DNA from: a virus | Lineage: Duplodnaviria > Caudoviricetes | Virus record (IMG/VR): IMGVR_UViG_3300021255_004427 | Coordinates: 32,001 to 96,000 of that record | Reading direction: 5' to 3' (one strand) | Length of the DNA: 64,000 nucleotides | Shown: positions 9,858 through 20,099 of the stretch, one piece after another | How positions within the stretch are numbered: position 1 is the first letter of the stretch | Layout: every line of letters starts with the position of its first letter | Program-made: the position numbers and the translations under genes | Notes under the pieces: model-generated | Seen by the model: only the letters and a program-made list of their open reading frames with translations | What the model was told of the DNA's origin: nothing | The model's database searches: none

Positions 9858-11102
9858 ATGATTTCTCTTAACGAACGCCTCACGAAGGCTGAAAATAGAA
9901 TTAAGGCTTTGAAAGAAAACGAAGCCGCAAAGAAAGCCGGCAAGCCGGCTGTTCACCAGATGAAGGGAGATGCTTCCCTGAAGGAAATGGAAGCATACAA
10001 AACCTTCCTGCAGCAGCTCAGTGGTAAGGATACGTCCAATAAAACCGCTCGTGTTACCCTGAACGAAATGCTGACATCCACGGATATCATTGACATGATT
10101 CCGAAGGTAATTTCCGGCGAAATGATCGAAGCTGCTGAACCGCAGCTTCTGGCCGCAAATCTCTTTACAAAGATCCAGGCTCCGGGCAATGGTGTTACAA
10201 TCGTTGTTCCTGTTGTTGGCGAAATCTATGTTCGTGAAGTTGCTGAAGGTGCACCGTTCGAAGAAACTGCTCCGGACAATGCTACGCTCGAAAACAGCCG
10301 CCTGACCATCGACATCAAGAAGTATGGTTCCAAGGTCTCCATCACGGAAGAGGCTATGAGTGACTATACCTGGGATGTTCATGCTCTGACGATTCGCCAG
10401 ATGGGCCGCGCATTTGCTCGCAACAAGGAAGAAAAGTGCTTTAAGGAATTCTCCAAGCACGGTCATGTTGTTTTCGATAACGCTATCCGCGATCAGCGTC
10501 CGGAAGCAGGCACGCATGGTCTGGATAAGAAGGGCAATGAAAACAATACCCTGTCTGTAGAAGACTTCCTGGAAATGATGCTTGCTGCAATCACCAATAA
10601 CCACACACCGACGGACTTCTTTGCTCATCCGTTGGTATGGACGATCTTTGCTGCCAACGGCATGGTTGGCGCTGGTATGAGCTTCGGCGCTCTTGGCGGT
10701 CAGAATGTAAACCCGAGCGGCGGTACGCAGGGCAGCCCGAACTTCTCTGGCTTGCAGAATAACATTGGCAACCAGCAGTTCATTCTTCGTCCGGAAGATG
10801 TACAGAACCGTCTGCCGATTCCCCTCACGGTTAACCTCACTCCGCAGGTTGCCTTCAATAAGGAACGCAAAGCATTCGATTGCTACATCGTTGACCGCAA
10901 CAATGTTGGTATCATTGCTCAGCGTCAGGAAATCACCATGGACAACTGGACGAATCCGGAACTCGATGTTCAGTTTATCAAGGCGAAAGAACGCTTTGGT
11001 GTTGGCATCCAGGATCATGGTCGTGGCATTATGGTTGCCCGCAACATTGCTGCCGAGAAATCCTATCCGGAAAGCCTCCCGGTTCGCGTTATTGCAGAAT
11101 AA
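9858..11102 (+). CDS. Major capsid protein (HK97-type)
   Basis: IPKVISGEMIE, VREVAEG, IKKYGSKVSITEEAMSD and KERFGVGI resemble HK97-fold MCP elements; GGAGG RBS; followed by a terminator. Confidence 0.85.
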   Translation: MISLNERLTKAENRIKALKENEAAKKAGKPAVHQMKGDASLKEMEAYKTFLQQLSGKDTSNKTARVTLNEMLTSTDIIDMIPKVISGEMIEAAEPQLLAANLFTKIQAPGNGVTIVVPVVGEIYVREVAEGAPFEETAPDNATLENSRLTIDIKKYGSKVSITEEAMSDYTWDVHALTIRQMGRAFARNKEEKCFKEFSKHGHVVFDNAIRDQRPEAGTHGLDKKGNENNTLSVEDFLEMMLAAITNNHTPTDFFAHPLVWTIFAANGMVGAGMSFGALGGQNVNPSGGTQGSPNFSGLQNNIGNQQFILRPEDVQNRLPIPLTVNLTPQVAFNKERKAFDCYIVDRNNVGIIAQRQEITMDNWTNPELDVQFIKAKERFGVGIQDHGRGIMVARNIAAEKSYPESLPVRVIAE

Positions 11103-11133
11103 TATCTGCTCTAATTTCCGGGTTAATTATATC

Positions 11134-11162
11134 AAGAGGCAGTCATTTGACTGCCTCTTTTT
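11134..11162 (+). terminator. Intrinsic terminator after capsid gene
   Basis: AAGAGGCAGTC-attt-GACTGCCTCTT followed by T-run. Confidence 0.85.
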
Positions 11163-11224
11163 AATTAAGGGAAATCCTTTGGTAATAGCGGCAAATGTAG
11201 AGACTAAAACAACCGGAGGATTTT

Positions 11225-11614
11225 ATGGGTAAAAAATATACCGAAACGGAAATTGAAAGAATACAGAACGAGCTATCCAATCAAGTAGAGAAAGAAAATG
11301 ACTTTTTAACTGAGATTGAACAGCTCTCAGAGTCAATTGCCCACCGTCTTGTACAGGGGCGTCACACGAGGGAACGTTTTTTAGACACAGACTTTATCTT
11401 CAATCTGAGATATGACGATGTGCGAAAGATTATCTATGTAATGAGAACTGATCCTGTAAAACTGGCAATTGGCATGGGGCACTACAGGCCCGCAATTTTC
11501 GCAGAAGAATACAACGAAAACCTGACCATGGATGAAAATGTTTACATTGCTGTTAAGGCAGCGTTATGCTCCAAGGCGGGAATTATAAATGTCGACGAAG
11601 CAGGTAACGACTAA
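11225..11614 (+). CDS. Hypothetical protein
   Basis: 129 aa, GGAGG RBS. Confidence 0.7.
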   Translation: MGKKYTETEIERIQNELSNQVEKENDFLTEIEQLSESIAHRLVQGRHTRERFLDTDFIFNLRYDDVRKIIYVMRTDPVKLAIGMGHYRPAIFAEEYNENLTMDENVYIAVKAALCSKAGIINVDEAGND

Positions 11615-11632
11615 CGGAGGTTTTTATAAATT

Positions 11633-12253
11633 ATGGCAAATGTAATCGCTCGAGTAAAACTGGCTCCCGGCGAAACGGGTTTCTTTGACAGCTCGACAAA
11701 CACGTATCTTAACTGGAGTCATCCGGTAGCAGATATCGAACTGGGTTCCGACCTGAAATCTTTGCGGGCTGCAGTAAAGGCCAAAAAGATTACAGTTATC
11801 GAAGGGTCTCTTGGACAGAAGAAAACCTTTAAGCAGGTTTTGATGGAAGCGAAAAGTAAGCGCACCGGACAGCCCCTCGAGGAATTAATGGGAGACACGC
11901 CGTTGGCCTTTGAACCGACTGAAATTATTGGCAGCGATAATAAAACGGACGGCAAGGTTGCAGTGACAAAAACTACGCTTGATATTAAGCCGGACAAAGA
12001 ACTTGTTGAACAAGCGGTAACTGAAAGCAAGGTTGCCACCGAAACAGCAAAGAAGACTGTAAAGGCAGCAGATACAAAAGTTGAAGAGGATAAAAAGGTT
12101 GAAGAAGCCTCCGCAGCTGAACCGGTAGAAGATAAGGCGAAAGAGCCCGAGGAGAAGGCTGCACCTAAGAAGAAAACCACCAGCAAGAAAAAGTCAACCA
12201 AAAAGGTTGATGAAGAAGCTGCGGTTGAAGCTGAGGAAAAAGCAGACAAGTAA
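11633..12253 (+). CDS. Hypothetical virion-associated protein with K/E-rich C-terminus
   Basis: 206 aa, GGAGG RBS, low-complexity charged tail. Confidence 0.65.
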   Translation: MANVIARVKLAPGETGFFDSSTNTYLNWSHPVADIELGSDLKSLRAAVKAKKITVIEGSLGQKKTFKQVLMEAKSKRTGQPLEELMGDTPLAFEPTEIIGSDNKTDGKVAVTKTTLDIKPDKELVEQAVTESKVATETAKKTVKAADTKVEEDKKVEEASAAEPVEDKAKEPEEKAAPKKKTTSKKKSTKKVDEEAAVEAEEKADK

Positions 12254-12269
12254 AGGACAGGTGTAAATC

Positions 12270-13088
12270 TTGTATCAAAAGTTTACCGTGGAGTCGGTGC
12301 GCGTATTTGAGGCCGACCACCTAATAAAAATCGGTTTTACCTTTGATGTGGATGAAGACTCTGTTACTGAAACCTCGGTTTATCTAACACTGAAAAACGG
12401 GGATATAAACCCCATTACAATGTCTAAAGTAACCGTGGATGGCCCCACGGTTACTTTAGAATATGAGTCTCTACAGGTAAATACCGATTATGAAATTGTC
12501 GTCACTAAAGATGTCCGCTCTATTATGGAAGATGAGCTGGCTATTGAATTTAAGAAAAGGATACGTCTAAACTCTCGCGTAGATAGCGTAGTTAACATTA
12601 TCGCCCCTATTGATTATGAGGAATTGGAAAAGCCACATTTTTTGTTTTCTGAAGAAAAGGGCAAAAGCGGCAAGGCGTTTAATCGCTTCAGAATTCAAGT
12701 GGCGCCAGATTACGGTTTCTTAAACGTGATCTACGATACAGTTATTGAGTCGAGGAATGAAATAACTCTTTCGGGCCTCAAGGCGAATCCACAATATTTT
12801 GTCAGAATGCGTGTTGAAGCTAATGACGATGAATATGGCAATTGGACAAAAGGCAGAACCTTTACGTTAAAAGGCGAGCCAGAGCCAGATTACACAGTAC
12901 CAACAACAAACAAGCCCAAAAAGCCGGAAGATTGTGACGATGTTGTATTTGAAGATGACTTTGAGATTATTGGTTATCCGGAAAACGGTATAACGCCTGA
13001 TGGTAGTTTTATCATTGAGTTTGACGAGGACATTGATACGTCGTCCATCGATATTGCAAATATCGTCCTTACAAGAAAGCAGGTATGA
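12270..13088 (+). CDS. Ig-like/FN3-like beta-sandwich structural protein
   Basis: IKIGFTFDVDEDSV, LQVNTDYEIVV and LSGLKANPQYFVRMRV are typical Big/FN3 strand patterns. Confidence 0.55.
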   Translation: MYQKFTVESVRVFEADHLIKIGFTFDVDEDSVTETSVYLTLKNGDINPITMSKVTVDGPTVTLEYESLQVNTDYEIVVTKDVRSIMEDELAIEFKKRIRLNSRVDSVVNIIAPIDYEELEKPHFLFSEEKGKSGKAFNRFRIQVAPDYGFLNVIYDTVIESRNEITLSGLKANPQYFVRMRVEANDDEYGNWTKGRTFTLKGEPEPDYTVPTTNKPKKPEDCDDVVFEDDFEIIGYPENGITPDGSFIIEFDEDIDTSSIDIANIVLTRKQV

Positions 13089-13089
13089 T

Positions 13090-13764
13090 ATGGAGCGAGT
13101 CAATTTTTCTTATCGAGTATTTGACAACTGTCTGGAAATTATCCCGGATGGCGGTATTAAAAATAATAGCATCTATAAGCTGACATTGAAAAACATTCGA
13201 TCCGCTGAAGGACATAAAGTGCTTGACAAACAGAGTCTTGAGATTACAACAGCCATGACACCAGCATATTGCAGCGTTGATGCTATCCGTACTCTCGTGG
13301 ATGTATTTGATATATCCGAATCGACGATCTTATTTCAAATTCGCCAAGCCAGTAAGGAAGCAGACTTTATCTGGCGCTCTGTTTATAACAAGCCAATAAC
13401 TCGCGATGCGGATGGCAACTATCCGTTTCCTGTCGAAAAATTTACAGAGGTGCGCGCAAGCCAACTCGCATTGACAAGAGCATACATTACTGGCACATCT
13501 GAAAGCGGACTTGAAGGAACACTGGGTAAGATCACTTTTAAGAACGGCGAAGAGCTCGGAAATATCCGAAAGTTGATAGATTCCCTAAAGGCCGAGGCTG
13601 ATAAATGGCAGGATGCTATCCGGGGGTATGTCTTTGACGGTAGAAATAAGCCCGCATTTGCATTGCGCGGCAATCATTCTCTTCGTGCTACGCCGGCCGC
13701 AGTTATTCTCAGGAATTATAATCGTGACGGCAATATGGGGCTGAAAGGAGGATTTGTCATCTAA
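13090..13764 (+). CDS. Probable head-tail adaptor/neck protein (start probably ATG at 13090)
   Basis: PAYCSVDAIR...IRQASKEAD helical connector-like pattern; ATG directly after the upstream stop. Confidence 0.5.
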   Translation: MERVNFSYRVFDNCLEIIPDGGIKNNSIYKLTLKNIRSAEGHKVLDKQSLEITTAMTPAYCSVDAIRTLVDVFDISESTILFQIRQASKEADFIWRSVYNKPITRDADGNYPFPVEKFTEVRASQLALTRAYITGTSESGLEGTLGKITFKNGEELGNIRKLIDSLKAEADKWQDAIRGYVFDGRNKPAFALRGNHSLRATPAAVILRNYNRDGNMGLKGGFVI

Positions 13765-14225
13765 TGTTAAATCCAAATTTCAATAAAAAGATTCGAGCCA
13801 TTATCCATAAACTGGAATATCCAATGTATGTCGTTATTCGTGACCAGTCCATGTATTGCCCATGTCGCGATGCAAATAATACGCCAGATCCAGACTGCCC
13901 AAAATGCTTGGGAACGGGAAACAAAATAAAAATCAAAAAGATAACCGGCGTTATGGAACCGGACGAAGTATCTCTGCGTCTTGAAGGACAGCAACAGGCA
14001 GCTCCATCAAACTATTATTATTTTGATGCAGAAAAGGTTCCAAAAGAAACGGTGCTTGCTGGCAATATTATTGTCCGCGAAGATGAAGCAGATATCTTGC
14101 AAGGGGCAAAGAAGTTCCGCTCAGACTCTAATAAGGTCATTTATTACTACGAAGAAGCCGTCCCTATGAAATCCAATCTGAAACTCTTTTTAAAGAATTT
14201 TTATAATCTGGTGAGAACAAAATGA
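13764..14225 (+). CDS. Probable head closure/neck protein with Cys cluster
   Basis: CPC...PDCPKCLGTG motif; position in the neck region. Confidence 0.5.
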   Translation: MLNPNFNKKIRAIIHKLEYPMYVVIRDQSMYCPCRDANNTPDPDCPKCLGTGNKIKIKKITGVMEPDEVSLRLEGQQQAAPSNYYYFDAEKVPKETVLAGNIIVREDEADILQGAKKFRSDSNKVIYYYEEAVPMKSNLKLFLKNFYNLVRTK

Positions 14226-15241
14226 TTACAAGTATAAAGGAAATTGACTTACACAAATCAGTTCTTCTCATTGGCATCGGTGCGACAAATAAGTACCTGC
14301 ATGACATTGTAAAACCGGAAAGGGTATCTGAAGCTCGGGAGGTTTTTGGTGACAGCGACCTTGTAGATTCATACGAACTTCTAGTAAGAGGCAATGAGGA
14401 TAAAGACATTTTCATTATGAATATCGAGGTTATGACTGATTATCTCGACATTGCACCGCTCGTATCCAGTTACGATTTCTCCTACGTAGTCCCTATAGAT
14501 GTCGGTATTGCAAATTTTTTCTATGACCCAAATAAAGATGGGAAAAAGATCTTTTATATTCAGTATCTAATGGAGTCGCTACCGGAAGAAAATAAAACGG
14601 TATTTTTGGTTACTGACACGCATGCTAGTTTATATCAGGACATTGACCAGTTTTTAGAAAGCATGAATTATCGTGAACGGGAGTTCAGAAGCAGCCTCCA
14701 GTTAAAGAAAACTAAAAGGCATATCACGTTTGTAGCGAACAATTTAAGTGGCATTGCGTATGGTAATGTAGAGTTGTGCCGCATGATTCTACTTACCGAT
14801 GTAAACGAATACCCCGCAGACAGTGACGAGCTTCATGCAATATTCAGTCTTGATTTTAACGACAATGTAAGTAGCATGGCTTACTTTAAGACTCATGCTG
14901 ACAAGACCACGTCAGTAGAAAACCTTCTTAACTTTGATGAGGAAGAAGAGCCGACAAAGATATTCTTTATCTATAGGATTTGTCTTTACATCGCGAAAGA
15001 ACTGGATTTCACCGATTATATCGGCTCCAAATATATCTCTTATAAAAAGCAGCGCATTGCTGCTATTGTCTCAGACTATTTACGTACACTGGTTGGATAT
15101 GTACTGATAAATTATCGAATAGACGAATGTTTTGCAAAGGAAGATCCAAGACATCCTGGAACAGTTGACATTATTTTGAGTTATTCTATCCAGCCAATCG
15201 GGTGTGCAGAACGTTTTATTACAAGAACATTGAGGATTTAA
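14222..15241 (+). CDS. Short tail-sheath-like protein
   Basis: N-terminus (LLIG...EAREVFG) and C-terminus (DYIG...VDIILSYSIQPIG) parallel the termini of the 1014-aa sheath in this window. Confidence 0.5.
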   Translation: MITSIKEIDLHKSVLLIGIGATNKYLHDIVKPERVSEAREVFGDSDLVDSYELLVRGNEDKDIFIMNIEVMTDYLDIAPLVSSYDFSYVVPIDVGIANFFYDPNKDGKKIFYIQYLMESLPEENKTVFLVTDTHASLYQDIDQFLESMNYREREFRSSLQLKKTKRHITFVANNLSGIAYGNVELCRMILLTDVNEYPADSDELHAIFSLDFNDNVSSMAYFKTHADKTTSVENLLNFDEEEEPTKIFFIYRICLYIAKELDFTDYIGSKYISYKKQRIAAIVSDYLRTLVGYVLINYRIDECFAKEDPRHPGTVDIILSYSIQPIGCAERFITRTLRI

Positions 15242-15244
15242 AGC

Positions 15245-15922
15245 ATGATAGAAACATTCGATAGTAAGGTCCACAGTACAGATGCTTTTGAGCAAATGCT
15301 GCAGCGACGCGAAAACGGCCGTCGCCGAAATGAAGCACAAGAGCAACGAATCCTAAAAACAGACACTGATTATTCCAGAGCCGAAAAGGGCGCGTCAATG
15401 AACGACTTCTTTGAGTTAGTTAAGAAGATGGTTTTGCGAGGATTAAAGAAGTATAAGGTTGAGATTGTTCCTAATGACGGCCCCCGTAGAGTTCTTGATC
15501 CGGCTGAAAAAATCGACCACCCGATCATTTATTACAAAGTTGTCTCGCGGGTCCCTCGTGATAAAAACTATAAGCCGAGGTTCCGCGAAGATATTTATGA
15601 CAAAAATCCCGATGGAAGCGAACTTCGTCAGGGTGCAATATATGGACAATTTTTTGATTGTGAAATTCAGTTTGACATTATCGCCAGTGATTACAGCACC
15701 GCTGATACGGTAATGAATGCTTTTGAAGATGCAATGCAAAAGTATGCTGGTTTCTTTAAAAGAAACGGTGTAAGTGAAGTTTTATTCGCAAAACAGTTTA
15801 CTGATGAAAACCTTGATATCTACCGGCAAAGAATGTCAGTAAGGTCCTTGGTTTACGACGTAGCTATCGAGCGTATCCGGCTTGCTTATGACACAACAAT
15901 TATGGAAATCACTCAATCTTAA
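15245..15922 (+). CDS. Probable tail terminator/completion protein
   Basis: Directly before the sheath; IQFDIIASDYSTADTVMNAFE pattern. Confidence 0.45.
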   Translation: MIETFDSKVHSTDAFEQMLQRRENGRRRNEAQEQRILKTDTDYSRAEKGASMNDFFELVKKMVLRGLKKYKVEIVPNDGPRRVLDPAEKIDHPIIYYKVVSRVPRDKNYKPRFREDIYDKNPDGSELRQGAIYGQFFDCEIQFDIIASDYSTADTVMNAFEDAMQKYAGFFKRNGVSEVLFAKQFTDENLDIYRQRMSVRSLVYDVAIERIRLAYDTTIMEITQS

Positions 15923-15943
15923 TCTAATCATGGAGGTACTCTA

Positions 15944-18900
15944 ATGAGTGTACTTAACGAAGGGAATAATCTCCCTGGTACAATCATCGACATAGAGAGC
16001 GAAGTTAGCCGAGACTACGACCCGTCTCTCTGGGGAACCACAGAATCTGTGGTAGTGATTGGTACAGCATTTCAGGGCCCGGTAGGCGTTCCGACTCAGA
16101 TCTACAATGTGGATATGGCTCGTTACTTCTTCGGTGCAACGTACGACAGTGCAACTCATCGCTCTGCATCCCTGGTTGCTAACATCCAGGCTTGTTTTGA
16201 CCGTGGTTGCCGTACGATTTACGCAATGCGTGTTGGTGGTAAGGATATTTACAAGGATTTCCGTCTTTGTGAAGCTTCTGAAAAGTATCGTCTCCGTATT
16301 GCTGGTCAAACCCCGACCAATACAACGAAACAGAGCTATCTGCGTATCAACGTAGCCTCTGGTTTCGAACAGATTACGCTGTATAAGCCGGCAGCTAAGG
16401 CAACAATTGCTGAAAGAAAACAGGCTTATGTGGATGACATGAATTCCATTCTTGCCTTCCAGATCAATTTGAATGCTGATGTTGGCCTCACCCGTAACGA
16501 TAAACTCGTTGACCTGGTGCGTCATTTCAACAGCAATGAGCATAACAACGTGTTTGTTATGAGCATTATTGATGCTGATGGCAACGATGTAACGACTGCT
16601 CCCGAGGCACAGGAACTGCGTATTGGCTCCCTGTTCTCTGGCGTTTACTTTGTCGGTCGTGATAAGAATAGTGACGCCGCTCCGGCATATTCAGTTGTAA
16701 CGGCCCGCGCTATTATCAACGAGAATGACCCGAAGCCGTACAGCTCTTACGATGAAAAGTTCTATCGCGTGGTAGAATTCAACTCTGATGTATCGAGCGA
16801 ATATCCGATTACCGCACGTCGTTACGACGAACTGAAAAATCTCCTGCAGGGCGCATCCGTTGTTGCTGGCAATGATTACAAGTTCCTTGAAATGGCAGGC
16901 ATTGTTGACCGTGTTTGGCTCCAGGATGACGTCGACTATGAAGAAGCAGAACTGAGCAAGTTTGAGCTTTACAAGCGACTGGGTTCTGGCTTTGCAATTA
17001 CGGCTCAGGCTATTGAACGTAAGGGTAAGGATAGTAAGGGCCGCGAACGTCGTCCCCGCATTATCGAAACTCCTGCAGATGATGCAAACCATATTGTTGG
17101 TATCACCGACGGTATTTACTCTCTGCTCGAAAACACGGAAAGCCAGTGGCGCGTACTTGCTGCTGCTAACGCCGACGACAAAGCAGACGGCAAGCTGCCG
17201 AAAGCAGAAGCCTTCAAGATTGCTACGCCGAATCAGGTTAAGCTCTTTGGTAACCCTGTAAGCGGCAATGGTGCTCTTATTACGGCTACGCCGAAGGTTG
17301 CCGAAGATGACCTGACGGCACCGAAGGAATACGAATTCCACTTCATAAAGGTTGACGAGGAAGAAACCGAATACGACAACATTGAGGATGTATACACTGA
17401 CCATGTTGTAAAAATCGTTTCTCGCATTGACACTGGCGTAGCTGGTCTCAAGGCTATGTTGAAGGCAGATAAGTATCCCAACGGTACACTGTTCCTCGTT
17501 TTTGAACCGAGCAATTTGACGGAAGGTCATCTGTATCGGATTCTCGACGGCAAGGTAGCACTGCTTAACATCGCTCGTCTGGAAAACGAACTGTTCAGTG
17601 TAAATCGCGAACTTTATGTCGGTCAGATTGTAAATGGTGACCTCGTTTTTGTTCCGGCAGATGTTGTTGTTACGGCTGGAGCTCCCACAACATATCTCTC
17701 GAAAGAATATGTTCTGGTAGATAACGGCACGACTCTCTTTGTTGCTGCAGTAGATGAATCCACGGCTAATGCAGGCAAGGGCAAGCTTCGTCCGCTGGGT
17801 ACGCTCGAAAGCATGCTTGGCGATAATGATAACAAGACTCTGGTCTATGTCGAAGACTCTTATGCCCAGAAGAACCTTATCAACATTACGACGGGCGCGG
17901 CTGACTTCATTCCGCTCGAAGAATTCATGGAACTCCTGCAGGAAGATCCGTCCCTTAATAAGCTGTTCAACTTTGAACTGACTGAGGATGGGGCAGACCT
18001 GATGTCGGAATATCCTGAGGATATCGAAGCGAATTACGTTTCCTCTACTGGTGGAAACCTCTACTTCGAACAGGTTCTTGCTGATGGCACTGTAGCTCCT
18101 GGTGAGTACTACGGCCTTGCTGAAAATAAGGAAATTGGCTACGACTACAGCAAGTACATTCCGTTCCGTACGAACGATAACTTTGTACGTCAGCTCGCAC
18201 AGCACTGTGCAAAGACTTCTCTTGGCACGTCCATGACTCATGGCGTAATTGGTTACAGCCCGCTTCGCAACTATTCTCTTAAGTCTATTGCGGCTCGTGT
18301 TGAAGAACTGGTTAAGGTTAACTACTCCTTGTACGCCAAGAAGTGGAATGGCCGCGAGTTCCTGAATATCGACGGCAATCCGTACGAAATCGGCGGCAAT
18401 GTTACTGTAACTGCTTTCCAGTACCCCATAACCTCCTCCAAGGATGGCGTAACGACTACTGTGAACGGTGCCGCTGGCTATGCTGGTATGGTTTCCGTAC
18501 TGCCGGTTGATCAGAGCACGACGCTTCAGCCGACTGGCCTCAATGCTATTGACTTCTTCTACTCCAATACGCAGTTGAAGAGACTGATTAGTGCAGGTTA
18601 TGTCGCTGCTCGTATGTCCGAGACGAAGGGTATCTGCATTGCAGATGGTGTAACCATGGCCCCGGCTACTGAGTTTAGAAACCGCATCTCCATTGTCCGT
18701 ACAATGAATGCTTGCGGCGATTCTATTCGTCGGGCTGCTGAGCCGTACATCGGTAAGAAGAATAGTCTCCAGAACCGCAGCGCCCTTAAGACGGCTGTTG
18801 ACTCTGCACTCAATAGCTTGACAGAGACGCTGATTTGGGATTACAAGTTCGAGATTGTCAACCTGAGCTCCTACACGAGCGATGCTGAAATTGACATCAC

Positions 18901-18988
18901 TTACGAAATCTTCCCGATGAACGAAATCAGGAGCGTAACTAACAACATTACTATTTCCCACCAGTCCACTGGCGGAAATAAGTCCTAA
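15944..18988 (+). CDS. Contractile tail sheath protein
   Basis: LPG..., VVIGTAFQGPVGVP, AAGYAG, RISIVR, IRRAAEPYIGK and PMNEIRSV sheath motifs; 1014 aa with large insertions. Confidence 0.88.
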   Translation: MSVLNEGNNLPGTIIDIESEVSRDYDPSLWGTTESVVVIGTAFQGPVGVPTQIYNVDMARYFFGATYDSATHRSASLVANIQACFDRGCRTIYAMRVGGKDIYKDFRLCEASEKYRLRIAGQTPTNTTKQSYLRINVASGFEQITLYKPAAKATIAERKQAYVDDMNSILAFQINLNADVGLTRNDKLVDLVRHFNSNEHNNVFVMSIIDADGNDVTTAPEAQELRIGSLFSGVYFVGRDKNSDAAPAYSVVTARAIINENDPKPYSSYDEKFYRVVEFNSDVSSEYPITARRYDELKNLLQGASVVAGNDYKFLEMAGIVDRVWLQDDVDYEEAELSKFELYKRLGSGFAITAQAIERKGKDSKGRERRPRIIETPADDANHIVGITDGIYSLLENTESQWRVLAAANADDKADGKLPKAEAFKIATPNQVKLFGNPVSGNGALITATPKVAEDDLTAPKEYEFHFIKVDEEETEYDNIEDVYTDHVVKIVSRIDTGVAGLKAMLKADKYPNGTLFLVFEPSNLTEGHLYRILDGKVALLNIARLENELFSVNRELYVGQIVNGDLVFVPADVVVTAGAPTTYLSKEYVLVDNGTTLFVAAVDESTANAGKGKLRPLGTLESMLGDNDNKTLVYVEDSYAQKNLINITTGAADFIPLEEFMELLQEDPSLNKLFNFELTEDGADLMSEYPEDIEANYVSSTGGNLYFEQVLADGTVAPGEYYGLAENKEIGYDYSKYIPFRTNDNFVRQLAQHCAKTSLGTSMTHGVIGYSPLRNYSLKSIAARVEELVKVNYSLYAKKWNGREFLNIDGNPYEIGGNVTVTAFQYPITSSKDGVTTTVNGAAGYAGMVSVLPVDQSTTLQPTGLNAIDFFYSNTQLKRLISAGYVAARMSETKGICIADGVTMAPATEFRNRISIVRTMNACGDSIRRAAEPYIGKKNSLQNRSALKTAVDSALNSLTETLIWDYKFEIVNLSSYTSDAEIDITYEIFPMNEIRSVTNNITISHQSTGGNKS

Positions 18989-19010
18989 TGCTGTTAGAAG
19001 TAAAAGGTTA

Positions 19011-19041
19011 TAAGGCGGGCTTTCCCGCCCGCCTTAATTTT
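19011..19041 (+). terminator. Hairpin/terminator between sheath and tube
   Basis: TAAGGCGGGC-tttccc-GCCCGCCTTA then ATTTT. Confidence 0.6.
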
Positions 19042-19061
19042 ATATAGTGAGGTAAATGTAA

Positions 19062-20017
19062 ATGGCAAATGCAAATAGCTCCACTTACACGAACACCTAC
19101 ACCACTTTTTCGGGCTGCGATATCGTATGCTCCTTCGGTTCTCAGATTATTGGCGAACTGCAAGGTATTAGTTATTCGGTGAAGAGTTGCCGATATTAGT
19201 CGATTTACAGATAAGGCTAATAAAGCAGTGGGGAAAAATCCTGGAAGGCTAAGTCAAAAGATAAGCTAATCAGAGGTGAAGGCGAAAGCCAGCCGCAACG
19301 CATAGGTTTTGAAATAATAAACCCACGAGGCCCCACCTGTCTCTGTATTAAGTCGTAAGACAAGATAGAAAAGATATGCTGAACATCATAGGAAACTATG
19401 AGAACTGGAGGATAAAAAGCCTTCAGGATAACAAAAATTGAACTCGTGAAAAGGCTCCGGTGTACACGATGGGTTCTGCAAATCCTCGTTCTTTCTCTCG
19501 CGGAAAGAGGGGTATCGCAGGTACTCTCGTGTTCGTGGTTTTCGATCATGACGCTCTGCTTAAAGGCTTGGCTGAACATGTCGAAAACAACAAAGTGTTC
19601 CATCGTATCGGTAAGGATATTAACTGGAAGCCGATGACGATTGATCAGTGGGATAATGAGATGAAGAACATCGCCGCCCAAGGTGACAAAGGCACCACCA
19701 GTCAATCTGCCGGTACTCGAACCCAGGCAATATCTCAGCAGGCAGAACCGATTATCGCGGACGAAATACCCCCATTCGATATCACCATTTCCATGGCAAA
19801 CGAATACGGGAAAGCAGCGGTCATGGTGCTGTATGGCGTAGAAATTCTGAATCAGGGCAGCCAGTTCTCTATGGATAATATCCAGAGCCAGATGGCTTGC
19901 ACGTTCGTTGCTGCTCGTCTGAAATGCCTTGAGGCTGTCGACATGGCTACTGGTAAGACCATTCCTAACGGCAACTCTACTATCAACATGGATGAGTACA
20001 CGACAACCCAGAATTAA
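19062..20017 (+). CDS. Tail tube protein, spliced: join(19062..19180,19441..20017), 231 aa
   Basis: GAGG RBS and ATG at 19062 give MANANSSTYTNTYTTFSGCDIVCSFGSQIIGELQGISYS; splicing rebuilds GT|A (Val) and continues in frame TREKAPVYTMGSANPRSFSRGKRGIAGTL, collinear with the uninterrupted paralog at 20100. Confidence 0.88.
19181..19440 (+). ncRNA. Group I self-splicing intron, 260 nt, no ORF
   Basis: P1 exon UCGGU pairs with GCCGA (U19180-G19189 wobble); P10 GAGUU (19184-88) pairs with 3' exon AACUC; P3 GUGGGG/CCCCAC; P7 GCAUA/UAUGC after AAGA; P9 UCAUAG-GAAA-CUAUGA; terminal G19440. Confidence 0.92.
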
Positions 20018-20032
20018 ATAACCAATAATGGT

Positions 20033-20077
20033 AATATCGGGGTAGCACTCAAAACGGGTGCTACCCCGATATTTTTT
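20033..20077 (+). terminator. Intrinsic terminator after tube gene
   Basis: 16-bp stem AATATCGGGGTAGCAC/GTGCTACCCCGATATT plus T-run. Confidence 0.85.
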
Positions 20078-20099
20078 GAGTGTTTGAAGGTGATTTTGT

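Noticed and set aside
8194-11018. Long antisense ORFs (548 aa and 395 aa) opposite the head and capsid genes
   Set aside because: They mirror strongly codon-biased sense genes, lack RBSs and recognisable motifs; shadow ORFs.
16691-18961. 756-aa antisense ORF opposite the sheath
   Set aside because: Same shadow-ORF effect; the sense frame is clearly the sheath.
19217-19705. 162-aa minus-strand ORF as an intron-encoded homing endonuclease
   Set aside because: Wrong strand, extends beyond the intron, no HNH/GIY-YIG/LAGLIDADG motif.
19460-20017. 185-aa ORF as a stand-alone gene
   Set aside because: No RBS and missing the conserved tube N-terminus; it is exon 2 of the intron-split gene.
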